Of a DNA stretch of 64,000 nt, positions 11,264 through 28,263 are shown one piece after another. The DNA is from Emiliania huxleyi CCMP1516 (Eukaryota). Location of the stretch: contig NW_005201192.1 of NCBI RefSeq assembly GCF_000372725.1, positions 1,004,758 through 1,068,757 on the forward strand, given 5' to 3'. Position 1 is the first letter of the stretch, and the number at the start of each line of letters is the position of its first letter. Made by a program: the position numbers and the translations under genes. The notes under the pieces are model-generated. The model did no database searches, was not told where the DNA came from, and saw only the letters and a list, made by a program, of their open reading frames with translations.

Positions 11264-11500
11264 TGACTGGTGGTGTGGCGATGGTATGAGCGTCGTTTGT
11301 GTGGCTGCTGCCGGCGTGTGGTGGCAGTTGTGGCGCTGAAGCAGAGGCCGCAGCGAAGCAGGCAAAGATAGGCCGAGCCCGCAACCTCGAGAGAGATTTT
11401 TTAGCAATACCAAACAACTCTAACACTCAAACACTCAAACCTCGCGGGAATAATCCCGAAAAAAAGGGAAAACCCGGCGACGACGGCGCTCTGGATGGGG

Positions 11501-11957
11501 CGTGACCTCCTGCCTCCAACCTCCTTCCTTTTTGAGCAGGTGTGACGCCGCGCGAGCGACGCTCCGAGATCGCCCGAGATAGCGCGGCGCGGCCCCGAGA
11601 TCGCCCGAGATAGCGCGAGATCGCCCGAGATCGCGCGGCGCGGCCCGGGGCGGGGTGGATGGGTTGGGAGCGAGGGGGCGGAAGTGACCAGTGCGGTAGA
11701 TCGGTCAGCTCGAGGCGCGTGAGCCGGACTTGGGAGCCGGACCACCCCCTCTTGTTATCTGCGTTGTTGAGCCAGGACTCAACATACTCGGGCTGTTGCC
11801 GTCCCAAACTGTCACTCCCCTCTCTCCCGGCCGGGGTGGGGCGCGCGCGGGGGCGGCGGGTGTGCGGCGAGTGTGCGGGATGTCTGTGGGCCCGAGAGCG
11901 ATATGCCATGTCCGCCTTGCGTTGTTTTCATCCATCGAAGGCTAAGCTCAAAAGAAA
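11501..11957 (-). mobile_element. Non-autonomous dispersed element, copy 1 (DINE-1/HINE-like architecture)
   Basis: Homologous to 18021-18315 and, inverted, to 54860-55339. Subterminal IR ttcctttttgagc / gctcaaaagaaa and internal CCGAGAT repeats. Confidence 0.8.
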
Positions 11958-12109
11958 TACGCGGCGGGAGCGTGGTCTTTCCCCAGAGTGCGTGCAGCAC
12001 GCCCTCTCCCCTCGCTGCGCCGCCGCGCCGCACCGCCGAGGCCGCCGACCCCGACGCCGCCGTCCCTTCACCGCGTGCGTCCCCGCCCCGCCCAGGCGGC
12101 GGCTGCACG

Positions 12110-12892
12110 ATGTTTGAGAAGGTGGTCGTGATCGACTGCAAGAACCATCTGCTCGGCCGGCTGGCGTCGATCGTCGCCAAGGAGCTGCTGAACGGCCAGC
12201 GCGTCGTGTGCGTGCGCTGCGAGGACATCAACATCTCCGGCTCCTTCTACCGCAACAAGCTCAAGTTCCTCGACAAACTGCGCAAGCGCACCAACACCAA
12301 CCCGGCGCACGGGCCTTACCACTTCCGCGCGCCGAGCCGGATCTTTCACCGCGTGATTCGCGGGATGATCCCGCACAAGACGCACCGCGGCAAGTGCGCG
12401 ATGGAGCGCCTCAAGGCGTTCGACGGCATCCCGGAGCAGTACGAAAAGTCGAAGCGCATGGTCGTGCCTGACGCCTTCCGCGTGACCCGGCTAAAGCCGG
12501 GCCGGCGCTACTGCGTGCTGGGGCGCATCTCGCTCGAGATTGGGTGGAAGCACAAGGAGGCGGTCGAGCGCCTCGAGGCCAAGAGGAAGGAGCGGTCGGC
12601 AGTGTACTGGGAGGAGAAGAAGGCGCGCAGAACCCTCCCGCCCCCTCTCTTCCCGCCCCCTCTTCCGCCCCCCCCCCCTTCGGAGGGGAGGGGGGGGGGG
12701 GGGCACTGCTGTCCTCCGCCTCGCTTTTGGGGGGAGGCCTCCATCCTCCGTCCTCGCTTTGGGCTAGGGGTTGGCACTCCCAACTCTCCCAACCCTCCCG
12801 CCCTCCCGCAGGCGCAGCTTGGCAAGGCCAAGGCGGCCAAGGCGGCCGTCGCCGATCAGTTCGACGCCAAGCTCGCCAAGTTCGGCTACTAG
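12110..12892 (+). CDS. RPL13A: 60S ribosomal protein L13a (uL13); GC-AG intron 12623-12811
   Basis: [30 protein letters not shown]...[12 protein letters not shown]...GMIPHKT...LAKFGY*. Confidence 0.97.
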   Translation: MFEKVVVIDCKNHLLGRLASIVAKELLNGQRVVCVRCEDINISGSFYRNKLKFLDKLRKRTNTNPAHGPYHFRAPSRIFHRVIRGMIPHKTHRGKCAMERLKAFDGIPEQYEKSKRMVVPDAFRVTRLKPGRRYCVLGRISLEIGWKHKEAVERLEAKRKERSAVYWEEKKARRTLPPPLFPPPLPPPPPSEGRGGGGHCCPPPRFWGEASILRPRFGLGVGTPNSPNPPALPQAQLGKAKAAKAAVADQFDAKLAKFGY

Positions 12893-13219
12893 AGACGCGC
12901 GTGGTGTACACACTGCTCAGTACACACTGCTGCTCGGGCTCCCCTCCTCCCGACGACCGAGGGTGCGTGGCGGTGGCATCGCCATGAGCTCGGCGTCTCC
13001 GCCGCTTCTCTTGCGACTTGCGTCTCGCTTGCTTTGGGAGGGCGACCGTGGAGCCGGCCCCGGGTGGTGTGTGGCGCTCCGCCTCCGGCGCACCCCATCT
13101 GTCTTGAGAGAGTCTCCATATCTATCCAGATTCTCCGTTTGCGTTTTGTTCTGTGTGAGAATATGGCAAACCATGCATCGCCTCCGGGTTCGGGCTCCTA
13201 GAGTCCATCTGAATTTCCC

Positions 13220-13362
13220 CCCTTCCATGATATCATGGATTTTGGCCATGATATCATGGAACCGTGAGATCACAACTCCTCTCTCATGAAAATCACACGC
13301 CTGATTTCACAGCATATGATTTCATGGTCGCGCTGTGAAATCACACACGGGGGGGCACGCCC
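13220..13362. repeat. Cluster of short palindromes (catgatatcatg x2; tgatttcac/gtgaaatca), probable MITE remnant
   Basis: Read directly from the sequence; AT-richer than its flanks. Confidence 0.4.
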
Positions 13363-13604
13363 GTGCGGCTAGCACGACGGTCCCCCCAGCCCCACAGGCA
13401 GCAAACATTTTATTTCGTCCCACATGCTTCGATAAATGAGGCGAGAGCGTACGCCGCGCCGCGCAAGCGGTGCACACACACACACACTCACTCATTCATA
13501 GCGCGCGAGGGACATGACATGCAGAGAGAGTGGGAGAAACTAGAGAGACTGGGCGCGAGATCCGCGGGTGTGCGCAATGCACCACTGGCGGAAAGGCTCA
13601 GCTC

Positions 13605-15258
13605 GTAGCTGCCTCTCGCTCCTAGAGGCCTAGTCTCTCGTGAGGAAGCCTCGCACCGGGGCGGCGCCTCCTGAGCGGCCCCAGATCGCGATGAGTCGCG
13701 CTGGCAGCGCCCTGGCGCAAGGCTGCTGGCACAGCCGCCTAGGCCGCTGCCTCGCGGATGCGGAGCAGCGGCTCCCACTTGGTCGGGCACGCGTCGGCGT
13801 CGAGCAGCCACGCCTTGATCCTCTCGAACCGCGCGGAAGAGCCTGTCTCGCGGTTGCGCTTGCCGTACTGCAGCACGCCTACAAGCACAGGCACAGATCA
13901 CAGAACTGGTGAGGTGTGGGCGACTTCTCTCGCCGCAGAAGGTGCGCACGCACCTTCGGTGTCTGGGACGAAGGTGAGCGTCTGCCACAGCGACATCACC
14001 GTGTAAGCCACGAACTTGAGCGTGATGGTGCGCGAGCGGCCCGACGGGAGGAAGGTGAGGTACTGCTGGAGGAGCGCGGGCCACTCCTTGTGCGCGAAGG
14101 CCAGCAGCGTGTGGTTCTGCGGGTCGACGGCGGCGTGGAAGGCGAACATGAACTCGTCCTCGCCCTCAAGCTTGAAGCCGGGCGGCGCTGCCACCAGCCC
14201 AGCGAACAGCGCCACGTGCTCCGCCTTGGCCGCCGCGTGCAGAGTGGCGTTGGAGGCGTGCACCATGACGCGGTGGATGATGCCCGAGTAGATGAGGAGC
14301 AACTGGTTGCGGAGGTCGGTGTTGAGCTCCGACTCCGCCTCGCGCAGCGTCGCACGGAGGTTCTGCTTGAACTGTGTCTTGAGCAGCACCTTGGACCCGG
14401 TGTTGTCGGGCAGCGGCAGCGCAGCGATGACCCCCGGCAGGATGTCGTCGAGGGAGAGCCCAGCAACGGTCTCGTCGAGGTGGGCGAGGATGTACGCCTG
14501 GATGGGGCGCACAATGACATGGCGCCTCAGGCGTTTGTATGGAGCGATCTCGGGCGATCTCGATCGATCTCAGGCAAATTTTGGGCAATCTCGGGCAATC
14601 TCGGCGACACCTTGATGGCGCGCACGACGACGTGGCGCTTGCCGCCAAACGTCCGCCGGTCGGGAGTAGGCTGCCAGTACGGGGAGGCGCCCGCCGCGGC
14701 AGCGCCACCGCCGCCACCGCCGCCACCGCCGCCACCGCCACCGGCCGGGCCGGCAGCGGCGGCGGCGGCGCCGCCCAGCGCCGGGATGAGCTGTGAGACG
14801 AGGGCGGTCGCGATGTTGTTGGGCAGGGAGGTGATCGCCTGCGTGAGCAGCGCCTGGTTGAACTCGCGGTTGGGGTCGTCCGCGCCGTTGGAGTCCTCGG
14901 CCCGCGCAGCCTTCTCGTACTCGTCTTCCTCGAGCTCGGGGTCAGAGACGCCGTACTCAGAGCCCTCGACGGAGGAGAGGATGTCGCCGCCGAGGCCGTC
15001 GGCCGAGCCCGACTCGGATGGCGCGTACGACGTGTCCGAGTAGTCGCTCTCGCTGCGCGCGTCAGCCTGTGTGGGGCACCGAAGAAGCGTTCAAGAGCGC
15101 AGCGCTGGCGTGGCGGTCGCTGCGAAGCAGGCGCGCGCCTCGGCAGTCGGCTCCGGGTGGAGGTCTTGGAGCGTCTTGGCCTCTGTCTTGCCAGCTTGGT
15201 CGGTCACGGGGGTCGTGTTGACACCGGGAGCGCGGCGGCGCTGGCGCTTCTGAGGCAT
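13605..15258 (-). CDS. Multi-exon hypothetical protein (basic N-terminus, acidic stretch, Gly linker, helical domain); 3' end approximate
   Basis: Coding-like exons MPQKRQRRR..., ADARSESDYSD...EEDEYEK..., AYILAHLDE...KFVAYTVMSLWQ, joined by GC/GT-AG introns. Confidence 0.6.
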
Positions 15259-15698
15259 GTTGAAGTCTGAGAGACGGTTGAAGAAGCGACCGTGGGATCA
15301 TGGTCCGTGAATTTCGAGCGCGAACCGAAGATTCCTTTGCCGCTCCCGCCTCGAATGCGCGAATCGCGCGGTCTAGGTGTTGTGTTCTTGTGTTCGGTGT
15401 AAAGGGAAGTAGTTTGCTGAAAAAGCCGGCGACATTCTTCAAGAGAGAGAGAGAGAGAGAGAGAGAAACAGAGAATACGGCTGCTTGCAGGCTGCAGACG
15501 CATTTCAAGACATGCTTTTCTGGGTGGTGCCAGCTTGGGGCAGCAGCATGTCGTGTATAAACTAATTTCTCTTAGCCACTGCACACAACGTGCACACCAA
15601 GACGCCATTCATCCATGAGAGAGAAAGAGAAAAAACGGCCTTAGCGCGCGGTGAATGGAGGAATGGAGCTGCCCTGAGGAACGATAAACTCGCTCGAG

Positions 15699-17885
15699 GT
15701 GGTTTGCAGGTTTGGAATATGCGTCTTCCCTCGCAATAACAAAGAAAAGCACGAAATTCTTTCTGTCTCAGCGAAGCTGGTCGAGCGCGCAACAACCGAA
15801 GAACTGGCGCGTTTCGTGTGCTCCGACTGTGGCCGCGTCTGCCGTAGCTACACACAGCTCTCGTGGCACATCCGCGACGCACACCCTGGCGACCTCGACG
15901 CAGCAGCACACGCGGTACTCGATCGCGACGCGCATCGCGTCGCAGATCAGCAGGCGGAGCAGCCGCAGCGTGAGCACGAGCGCCGAGAAGCTCGGCGGAA
16001 GCCAGGCGAGCCGCGAGTGTCGCCGCGTCCGCCTCTGCCGCCGCCGTACTTTGCTGACATCCAGCTGGGCGCACTCTTTGGCAATATGCGCACGTTCCGG
16101 TGGTATGCACACCAGGAGATCATCGGCACTTCCAACCATGACGCGCCCTCGGCCATCGCTCGCGAGCAGGAGGACACGGTCGGGTCGCTCCAACCGCTGC
16201 TGATTGATGCACGGCGTGGACTGTCGCCGATGCGAGCGGTGGTGGATGGCTTGCTCGACAAACTCGGGCTTCGATTTCACACAGTCACCATCGAGGTGGA
16301 GCTGACGCCAGGTGAGCCGCCGGTCGCTGTCGTGATGCACTATCGGAAGCTGGATGCGATGGCCCGCTTCCTCTTCCGCTTTGTGACGCCGGAGCACTGT
16401 CGCCCACGGCGGCTCGTCGAGCGCAGCAGTGGTGACCGCGTCTACGCGGATCCCTACTCGGGCGATGTGCTGCTCGAGCTCTGTGGCGCCATCCAGGCTC
16501 GGGACCCCTCGGCCATCGCTTTTGCGCTCAAGCTGTACTGGGACGATACAAATCTCACCAAGAACGGCGAGCGCTCGGCTTGCCCCGTGTCCGTCACCAG
16601 CCTGGCTCTTCCACTGGAGCAAGCCCGGCAGCCTTCCAATGGAATGCTCCTCTCGTACCTGTCCAAGGTGCCTGACCGAGCCATGCTTGAGGTGTCTGAC
16701 GCGCGCAAGACAACTGTGCGCAAGCTGCTGTTTCGCGCGCAGATGCGACACTTGTTCAGTGGCATGCGAGACAGGAGCATGATCTCCCTGGTTGGTACCA
16801 CCGCTGTTGGCGCGCACGGCCAGGCTGAGCGCATCTACCCCGTGGTGCTCGGGCTGTCGCTCGACTACCCAAAGATTGCGCAGGTGACGCAGACGCTGCA
16901 GAACCAGGCGTGCTGGATGTGCTACGCCAGGAAGGGGCCGGGGTTCTGGTCACACGAGAGCTTTGACCTGCGGAGCAACGCCACCCAGCGTGCGCACATC
17001 GGTCGGGCATGGGCTCTCCACCCGCACTCGGCGGCAGCGCGCGCGGACCACACCCGGCCTCTCGGGCTCCACCCTGATCCCAACCCGGCCTTTGAGGTGG
17101 TGGGCCTGGACGTCTTCCAGGGCACGGCCATCCCGCTGATGCACTTTTGCGAGCACGGCACTGGCCAGAAGCTGATGGAGTGCACCTTCCAGCTGATGCA
17201 GAGCAGCCTCTCCTCCCGTGACTTCAAGGCGTTGGGCAAGCAGATCGATGCCTGGATCACGGCGCGCGTCGTCCCGCTGCACATGACCAAATGCGCATTT
17301 TCGCGAGGCATCTCGCATTACCTGTACGGAGCCTACATCAATCCACTCGACCCATGGGAGGGAACTGTCAAGTTCGGCCAGATTGCCTCTGCCGACACGC
17401 TGAGAGACATCCTCCGCTTCTGGCGACTGCTCCTCGTCGACATCTCCCCCGGCTGCCCCCAGCTGCTCGAGCTCTTCACCGTCTACTTTGAGTGGTTGGA
17501 GCTCATGTACCGCAGAGCTCACACTGACGGGAGCCTGCGATACGCTTCAGATTTGAACGAGCAGTGGCAGGACCTGGCCATCTCCCTCTTTGGCAAGGAG
17601 CACTTTGAGGACTCCATTAAGTTCCACGCTGCCGGTGCGCACCTTGCCGACTGGACGACCGGGCGAGGGAGCCTGCTCTACTACAACGACGCGTACGGCG
17701 AGCTCCTCAACAAGAGCAATGCCAAGGAGCCGTGGAGACGCACCAACTACCACCGTGGCCCTCACGGTGCCGAGGAGCAGATGACGACGGTGGTCAGTCG
17801 GACCGACCTGCTCTGCGTACACAGACGACATTGCCACCACGGCGCACGCTTCCTATCTAAAGAGAAGCACACCGAGCGCACGTAA
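15699..17885 (+). mobile_element. Plavaka/CACTA(EnSpm)-like transposase ORF with N-terminal C2H2 finger
   Basis: CSDC...HIRDAH; LYWDDT...ACPVSVT..LP...R.PS...LLSYL; LDYP...CWMC; PLMHFCEHG; IKFH...H...G....YN...E...K..WRRTN. The motif order matches Plavaka-type transposases. Confidence 0.8.
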
Positions 17886-18020
17886 ACGGCAAGGCAGAAG
17901 ACACGGACGCTCGTAAACAGCAAGGGCCAAGGCACCTAGGCAGAAGACACGCCCGCGCGTCACACCGCCTGCACACCGCAAAGAGCAGATAAGAGTAGCC
18001 GTCGCCGCGTGCGCCATCGT

Positions 18021-18315
18021 GGTGGATGGGTTGGGAGCAAGGGGGCGGAAGTGGCCAGTGCGGTAGATCGGTTAGTCGGGGCGCGAGAGGTGGCCTGTGA
18101 GCCATCCGGCTTACATTTACCCTGCGTTGTTGAGCCAGGACTCAACATACTCGTTCTGTTGCCGTCCCAAACTGTCATTCCCCTTTCTCCCGGCCGGGGC
18201 GGGGCGCGCGCGGGGGCGGCGGGTGTGCGGCGAGTGTGCGGGATGTCTGTGGGCCCGAGAGCGATATGCCATGTCCGCCTTGCGTTGTTTCATCGAAGGC
18301 TAAGCTCAAAAGAAA
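18021..18315 (-). mobile_element. Partial copy 2 of the 11501-11957 element
   Basis: ggtggatgggttgggagc...gagccaggactcaacatactc...gaaggctaagctcaaaagaaat, near-identical to copy 1. Confidence 0.85.
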
Positions 18316-18385
18316 TCAACAAGCCGAAAAAAGTCTCGCCGCAGAAGCGCACTTCGCTCGGGTCGGCATCTCCGCCGTGCACGTG

Positions 18386-22674
<4,289 letters not shown>

Positions 22675-22899
22675 GACGCCTCTCACTTTCATCCGGCTTT
22701 TCTGCCTTTTCTCCGTTGCGCGCGACTCGTGGCGGGGCGGGGGGGCGGCGGCGTGGTCGGGGTCGGAGAGAGGCAGAGAGCGCGCGCTTTTTTCTGCTGG
22801 GGAGAGGATGGATGGAGAGGTGTTCATACTGTGATACGCGCAGCATGGGTGGTGAACACTGAACAAAATTCTCAACTGCAGATGTCCTCAGGTGTTTTT

Positions 22900-25158
22900 T
22901 CATTCCGCCACAACGCAGAGCCGCGCAAGCGAGGCGTCGCTGCAACCGCAGACGTCGGCGCCGGCCGCCCTGAGCGCGCGAATGTGCTGCAGCGCCTCCG
23001 CTGTGATGGGCTCGCCCGGGAAGAAGACGGGGATGCCCGGGGGGTAGGAGCAGACTAGCTCTGCGCTCAATCGCCCCACCGCCTCGCGCGCGTCGACCAG
23101 CTCCGACGGTGCGAAGAAGGCTTCGCGGGGCGTCAAACCCCGGCCGTCGGCGACGGCGGCAGGCAAGGGCAGCCACACCGGCGCCGGTGCCGCTGGTGCC
23201 GCTTCTGAGGCCGAGGCCGCCGGGGCTGAGGCTGCGTCGTCTGCGGCGGCGGCGAAGGGCGCGGCGTCGGCGTCGGCGGTGACGTCTCGCAGCGCCTTGG
23301 GGAGCGGTTTGGGGGAGGGGTGAAGGAGGAGTGGAACGGCGTGCCGCTGGAGAGTGTGGCGTGGTGGTTGCGCTGCCGCCTCGACGAGCAGGTCGACATC
23401 GCCCTGCGTGGTGCCCAAGCTGAAGGCGAAGGTCAAGTGCCGCAGCTCGGGCAGCTCGCAGTACACACCGTGCCGCTCGATGAGCGCCTCGTCGAGGTCG
23501 AACCCCGACCCGGCGTCGTCGCACCGCACAACCACGCGCAGCGGGTCCGTCTCCACCCCGCCGCCGGCCGCGCCCCCCCCTGGCAGCGCGAAGACACGCA
23601 CGCCTGGCAGCTGCGAGAGGCGGCGGCGCGCCTGCTGCGCCAACGCTATGGCAGCGGCCGTGTCCCTGCGCGCGTCCGCGTCCGCATACTGCCACCGCGC
23701 GGCGTCGAGGGAGGCCAGCAGCAAGTACGATGGGCTGCTGCTCTGCACCAGCTCGAGTGCCTGAGGGACGACACCTAAGAAACGTCTCGGACGTGTCGAG
23801 GAAATGTCTCGGAAGTGTCACCTCGAGCGCGCGAGGGGCGGCGCCGTGCGGCAGCGGGCAGTCGGCGGAGATGTGAAGCATTGCAGCCTGCGTCATCGCG
23901 CCGAGCGTCTTGTGGCTGCTCTGGATGACGAGGTCGGCGCCGCGCGACAAGGCGGGGCGCGGCAGCCCCGGTGCCATCCCCAAGTGCGAGCCATGCGCCT
24001 CGTCGACGATGAGGGGCACGCCTAACGGGGTCCCGGCGACGAGCCGGTGGGTTCGGGTACTATGGGGTAGGGGAGGGCGGGTTCGGGTACTATGGGGTAG
24101 GGGAGGGTGGCGCACGCCTAAGGGTCACGGCGACGAGTCTTGCGCACCACGACACACGGGGTCCTCTCGCCGGCGATGAGGGGCACGCCGGCGGCGCGGC
24201 AGAGCCGGCTCGCGGCCTCCACGTCGGAGAGCACCCCGTGGTAGGTTGGCGAGACGAGGAGCACCGCCGCGATCTCGCCGCCGTGCCGCTCGAGCAGCGA
24301 CGGCAACGACGCGCCGACGTCAGCGTCGAGGACCAGCTGCTGCGCCGCGTCCCACCGAGAGTCGAGCCACACGGGCGCGGCGCCGGAGGTGACAAGGGCG
24401 TGCAACGCCGACTTGTGCGCGTTGCGCGGAATCACTACCTTGGGGGCAGGCGCGCCTCCGCCTCCGCCCCCGCCCCCGCCCCCGCCTCCGCCCCCGCCTC
24501 CACCTCCACCTTGCCGAGCTGAGAGGAAGTGCTGGACGCACGCGATGACCTACCAGACATGAAGGGGCATTCGTGGACGCGCCCTGGACACCGCTTCGAG
24601 GCCGCGAGACGAGGGTCATGCCGCCGCGAGGATGCCGCCCGTGGAGCCTATCGGACATGTCTCGGACACGTCATGGACAAGTCCTGGGTGCACCGCAAAA
24701 CCTCCGCCCGTGGAGCCGTTGATGAGGAAGTGGGTGCTACGGGCGCCAAAGGCCTCGCTCGCCAGCTGCTGTGCCTCGTGGATCGGGCCCTCCGCCGAGA
24801 AGAGGTTGTCCAGCTCCGGAAGCTCCGGCAAGTCGGACCGCAGCGGAGCTGTTCGGCCGGCGGCACCGCCCAGGACCGCCTCTCGCAGCGGCGCCGGCGC
24901 GCCCTCGCCCATCTTGTGGCCAGGGAAGAAGAAGGGCGCGCGGACGGACTGGGAGGCCCGCTGTATCGCGTCGATGAGCGGCGTGTCTGACTGTGAGAGC
25001 ATGCGTCCAGTCTCTGAGTCGGTTTGCTGTTGTCGTTGCTGCTGCTGTTGCTGCTGCTGCTGCTCCTGCTGCTGCACGACACCGCTCAGCAGGGTCGTGC
25101 GACTCCTTGTCGACAACGCCGCAGCGTGCCAGCCGGAAAGCACGGACAGCAACATCAT
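22900..25158 (-). CDS. PLP-dependent Orn/Lys/Arg decarboxylase (fold-type I), multi-exon, with N-terminal targeting extension
   Basis: PFFFPGHKMG, DLPELPELDNL, FLINGSTGG, PRNAHKS, VSPTYHG, VDEAHG.H, QSSHKTLGAMTQAAMLH, QSSSPSYLLLASLD, SYPPGIP..FPGE. Confidence 0.92.
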
Positions 25159-25453
25159 CGGGCCTGGCCCGAGGGCGAGGTAGGGAGCCGCGAGCACCCA
25201 AGCCGGAAAACCGCCCGCGCTGCTGGCCCGCTCATTCACATAAACGCACAACTCCGGACCCAAGACGCACAAGCACAGACAGTCGAGAAGGGGGAGAGAC
25301 AGCAACGACAGTCAGAAGTCAGCGCTGGGTCCCAGGAAGGCGAATGCGATGACGGCCTCTAGTGTGAGCTCTAGCTAGTGAGCTCATACGCACGCCGGCA
25401 GATCGCGACTATATACAGCTAGTTAAGAGCCGACCGACCCTCGCGTCCGGTGC

Positions 25454-27030
25454 TCACCGACGGCCGGGCGGGCCGCCCGCCCACGCGCCGCCTACGCGCA
25501 GCGCGTGCGCCGCAAACTCGCCCGCCGACAGCGCTGGCCAGTCTCCATCGGCCGTCGCGAGAGGCCTGCCCGGCTGTCGCCGCGGGGCCCCCACGAACAC
25601 CACGCGTCGGATGCGGTGCCGCGCGAACTCGCGCGCAAAGTGCACGCCCCACGCCCGCCGCAGCGTCGTAGCGAAGTTCACAGTCTGCTCTGCGATGGTC
25701 GAGATATTTGGCGAGCACTTTGGCGCGGCCGGAAAAGGCCCATTCGAGGCGCCTGTGACGGAGGCCCGTGCGCGTCGCGGCACTGGTAGTGCCGATGGCT
25801 TGTGTGCTGTCCGACGACGAAGACAACGGAGCGCCTCCGCACCGCTCCGGTGTCTCGACCAGTGCTCGAACTTTACCGGTATGAGACCGGTATTTGGTGA
25901 TATTTTGATTAACTTTGAAGTGGTATGGTATAGTGGTATGCGAAAGTGGTAGGCGTAAGTGTTGATTAGTGTAGCGGCTGTGGGTGTGGTCCCAGGTGCC
26001 AGGAGGCGAAGCCATGCAAAAGTGCGGGTATTACCCGGGTATACCCGGATTTTTACAGGTATACCCGCAAAATACCGGGTATTTTGCCAATTTCGCCGAT
26101 TTAGCCGCAAAAATGCACTCGGACTCGCTTTTGGTTTCCGTGAGGCAGGTGGTATCCCATACCACTTTTTGATTAGTGCAGGCCTAGGGTTTGATTAGCC
26201 AAAAACTCCCATACCGGTAAAGTTCGAGCACTGGTCTCGACTGACTGCCATCGCGTCCCCGTGCTCCGTGCAAGCTGAGCATTGCCGAGCATTGTCTGGA
26301 AAGAGCGTGGGCGGCGCTGGCGCCACCGTCTTCTCCTCTCCCTTCTTGTACTCGTCCGTGTACTTGAAGTAGCGCCACTGGTAGACGCGAGAGTCGGCTG
26401 GCAGCTCGTACTCTTGATAGCCGCCCGCCTCAGTCAGCTTCCAGTTTGGAGGGAGATGAGCAGCGAGTCGCCAAGCCAGGCCGGCAGGCTGCTCGACGGC
26501 GAGGAGAGGGTCGCCGCGAAGGAAGCCCAGCCGCGCACCTGCGGGACGTGTCATGGAGGGGACGTGTCGCGGACATGTCATGGAGGGGACGTGTCATGGA
26601 GGAAGCCCGGCCGCGCACCTGCGGGACGTGTCGCGGACATGTCGCGGACACGCCGGGGACACGAGAGGGGGGGGGGCTCGCACGTCTGCCGCCGCCTCGC
26701 TGCCCGGCAGGAGCGTGCGCGCCGCCTCCTCGGAGCCGCGCACGAGCCTCGAGGAGGCGTAGAACTTGCCGACCACCCCGCCCATAAAGTCGCGCGCCGG
26801 GAAGTACCAGCCGAGACTCACCGTCGCACTCGCCGTACCGTGCGGCGGGACGACTAGCCGCACCACCGCACCGCCATGCGAGCCTCCCATCGCGCCGTCG
26901 AGGCGCCCCGCCTCTGCAAAGGATCGCCACAGGGCGACGAGCGAACCGGCGGTGTGCCAAAGGAGACTTCCGCCGCCGCAGCGCCGCCCTCGCCCGCGCC
27001 GCAGAGCGAAAGCTTCCCGGCGGACGCGTG
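25454..27030 (-). pseudogene. Chimeric gene relic: GH116 (GBA2-like) internal fragment fused to unrelated coding fragments
   Basis: HGGAVVRLVVPP...SLGWYFPARD..G.FY and W......LPAWLGDSLL.SL, then an abrupt frame switch at about 26445 to NWKLTEAGGYQEYELP.... No start codon. Confidence 0.5.
25860..26233. mobile_element. hAT-type MITE (374 bp)
   Basis: TIR cagtgctcgaactttaccggtatg / cataccggtaaaagttcgagcactg. 8-bp TSD gtctcgac at 25852-25859 and 26234-26241. Confidence 0.92.
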
Positions 27031-28263
27031 GGTACCAATGGGGAGGGCTGCGTGCTTAGACAGTTAGGGCTGTCCGGCCCCTGTCGGAAAATCAAAATGC
27101 TCTCTCCACCCTTTTTTGCCTTCATGGCTGTTGGCTCTCTGGAGGCTAGGTCTGTACTTGACTGCGCGTGATTTTCTCCCTCTTCGCTCTCCGTTCTCCG
27201 TATATGACACATAGAAATCATTGGTTTTGGCTTTTTATAGAGATCTTGAGTCTTGTGTGTTGTGTCCCCCCATGCGCATCATTGCTCCTGGTTCAACCTC
27301 GGTGGTTCGCGTCAGACCGGTCCTGGGGCCTGCATGCGCCAGCCGCAGCGGTTAGAAACCAGTCCCCTGAAGAGGCGTGCGGAAGCGGGGCCACACGCTC
27401 ACTTCCCCTGGTGCGCGACACCTCACTCCATTCGATCAGCCTACTTCTGGGGACCCACTTCTGGGGCGCGCACAAAGGAACGTCTTGCGCCTTTCCTTGA
27501 ACAGACGGCGCTGCTCTTTGCGATGTTGCCGGCGGGCCATCGTTGACGATCCAACGCACTTGGATCGGGCCCCGCTCCCCGCTTTTCCTGTACCTGGACT
27601 GTCCGGGTCAGGAGGGTGAGAGTATTGGGTGGGCGAGGGCAGTACATCTGGTGGGTGGGGATTGAGGGACAGCAAGAGGGCTGATTGGGGGGTCAATGGG
27701 CGCGCGGGCGGCGCTTCGTGGTCCTGGGCGAGCAGGGGCAGTGGTTAGGAGTCTTGGGCCTGGAGAGATGAGGATTGTCGAGATGTCATGCGAGAGCGGT
27801 AGGTGGGCGAAGGTAGCGCAGCTGGAGAGTGGTGTCCGAGGGACAATGATGAGTTGTCAGTTGGGGCGCGAGACGCGCGGGACAGTGTCGGAGGCGGCCA
27901 GTGAGGTAGGGTTGGCTTTGAGCAGTGCAGCGAGTGTGGTCAAGCGTGGGAGCGGCGCGCCAGCACCGGATTTTTTTGCTGTGCGAGTCGAGTTCGTGGC
28001 CGGTGCGCGGGAACCTGGCTGAAAACCCGCGCATCCGGCCGGTTGTGCGACCGAGGTCGCCGATTGTACGACCGAGGTCGCAGAGCCTTGGCGACGCGAC
28101 GCGCACGTCGCCAAGGAGTTCGTAAAATGTCCGAGGTTTTTTTTTGCTGCACGCCCTGTCAACCGCACTCCGCAGAGACGAGTGGAGAGCGTCGTGTTTT
28201 GCCTTTGTGCTTTGAGCAAGACTGAACCGTTTTTTTGATGACAGAAACTGCGCGTAACGCCTC

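Noticed and set aside
11873..12109. N-terminal extension of RPL13A in the ORF track (likewise ORF 18236)
   Set aside because: Read-through from the repeat element using a non-ATG start; the conserved protein begins at 12110.
15577..18060. CACTG...CAGTG as CACTA-type termini of the Plavaka-like element
   Set aside because: Only 5 bp match and there is no 2-3-bp TSD (agc versus cgg).
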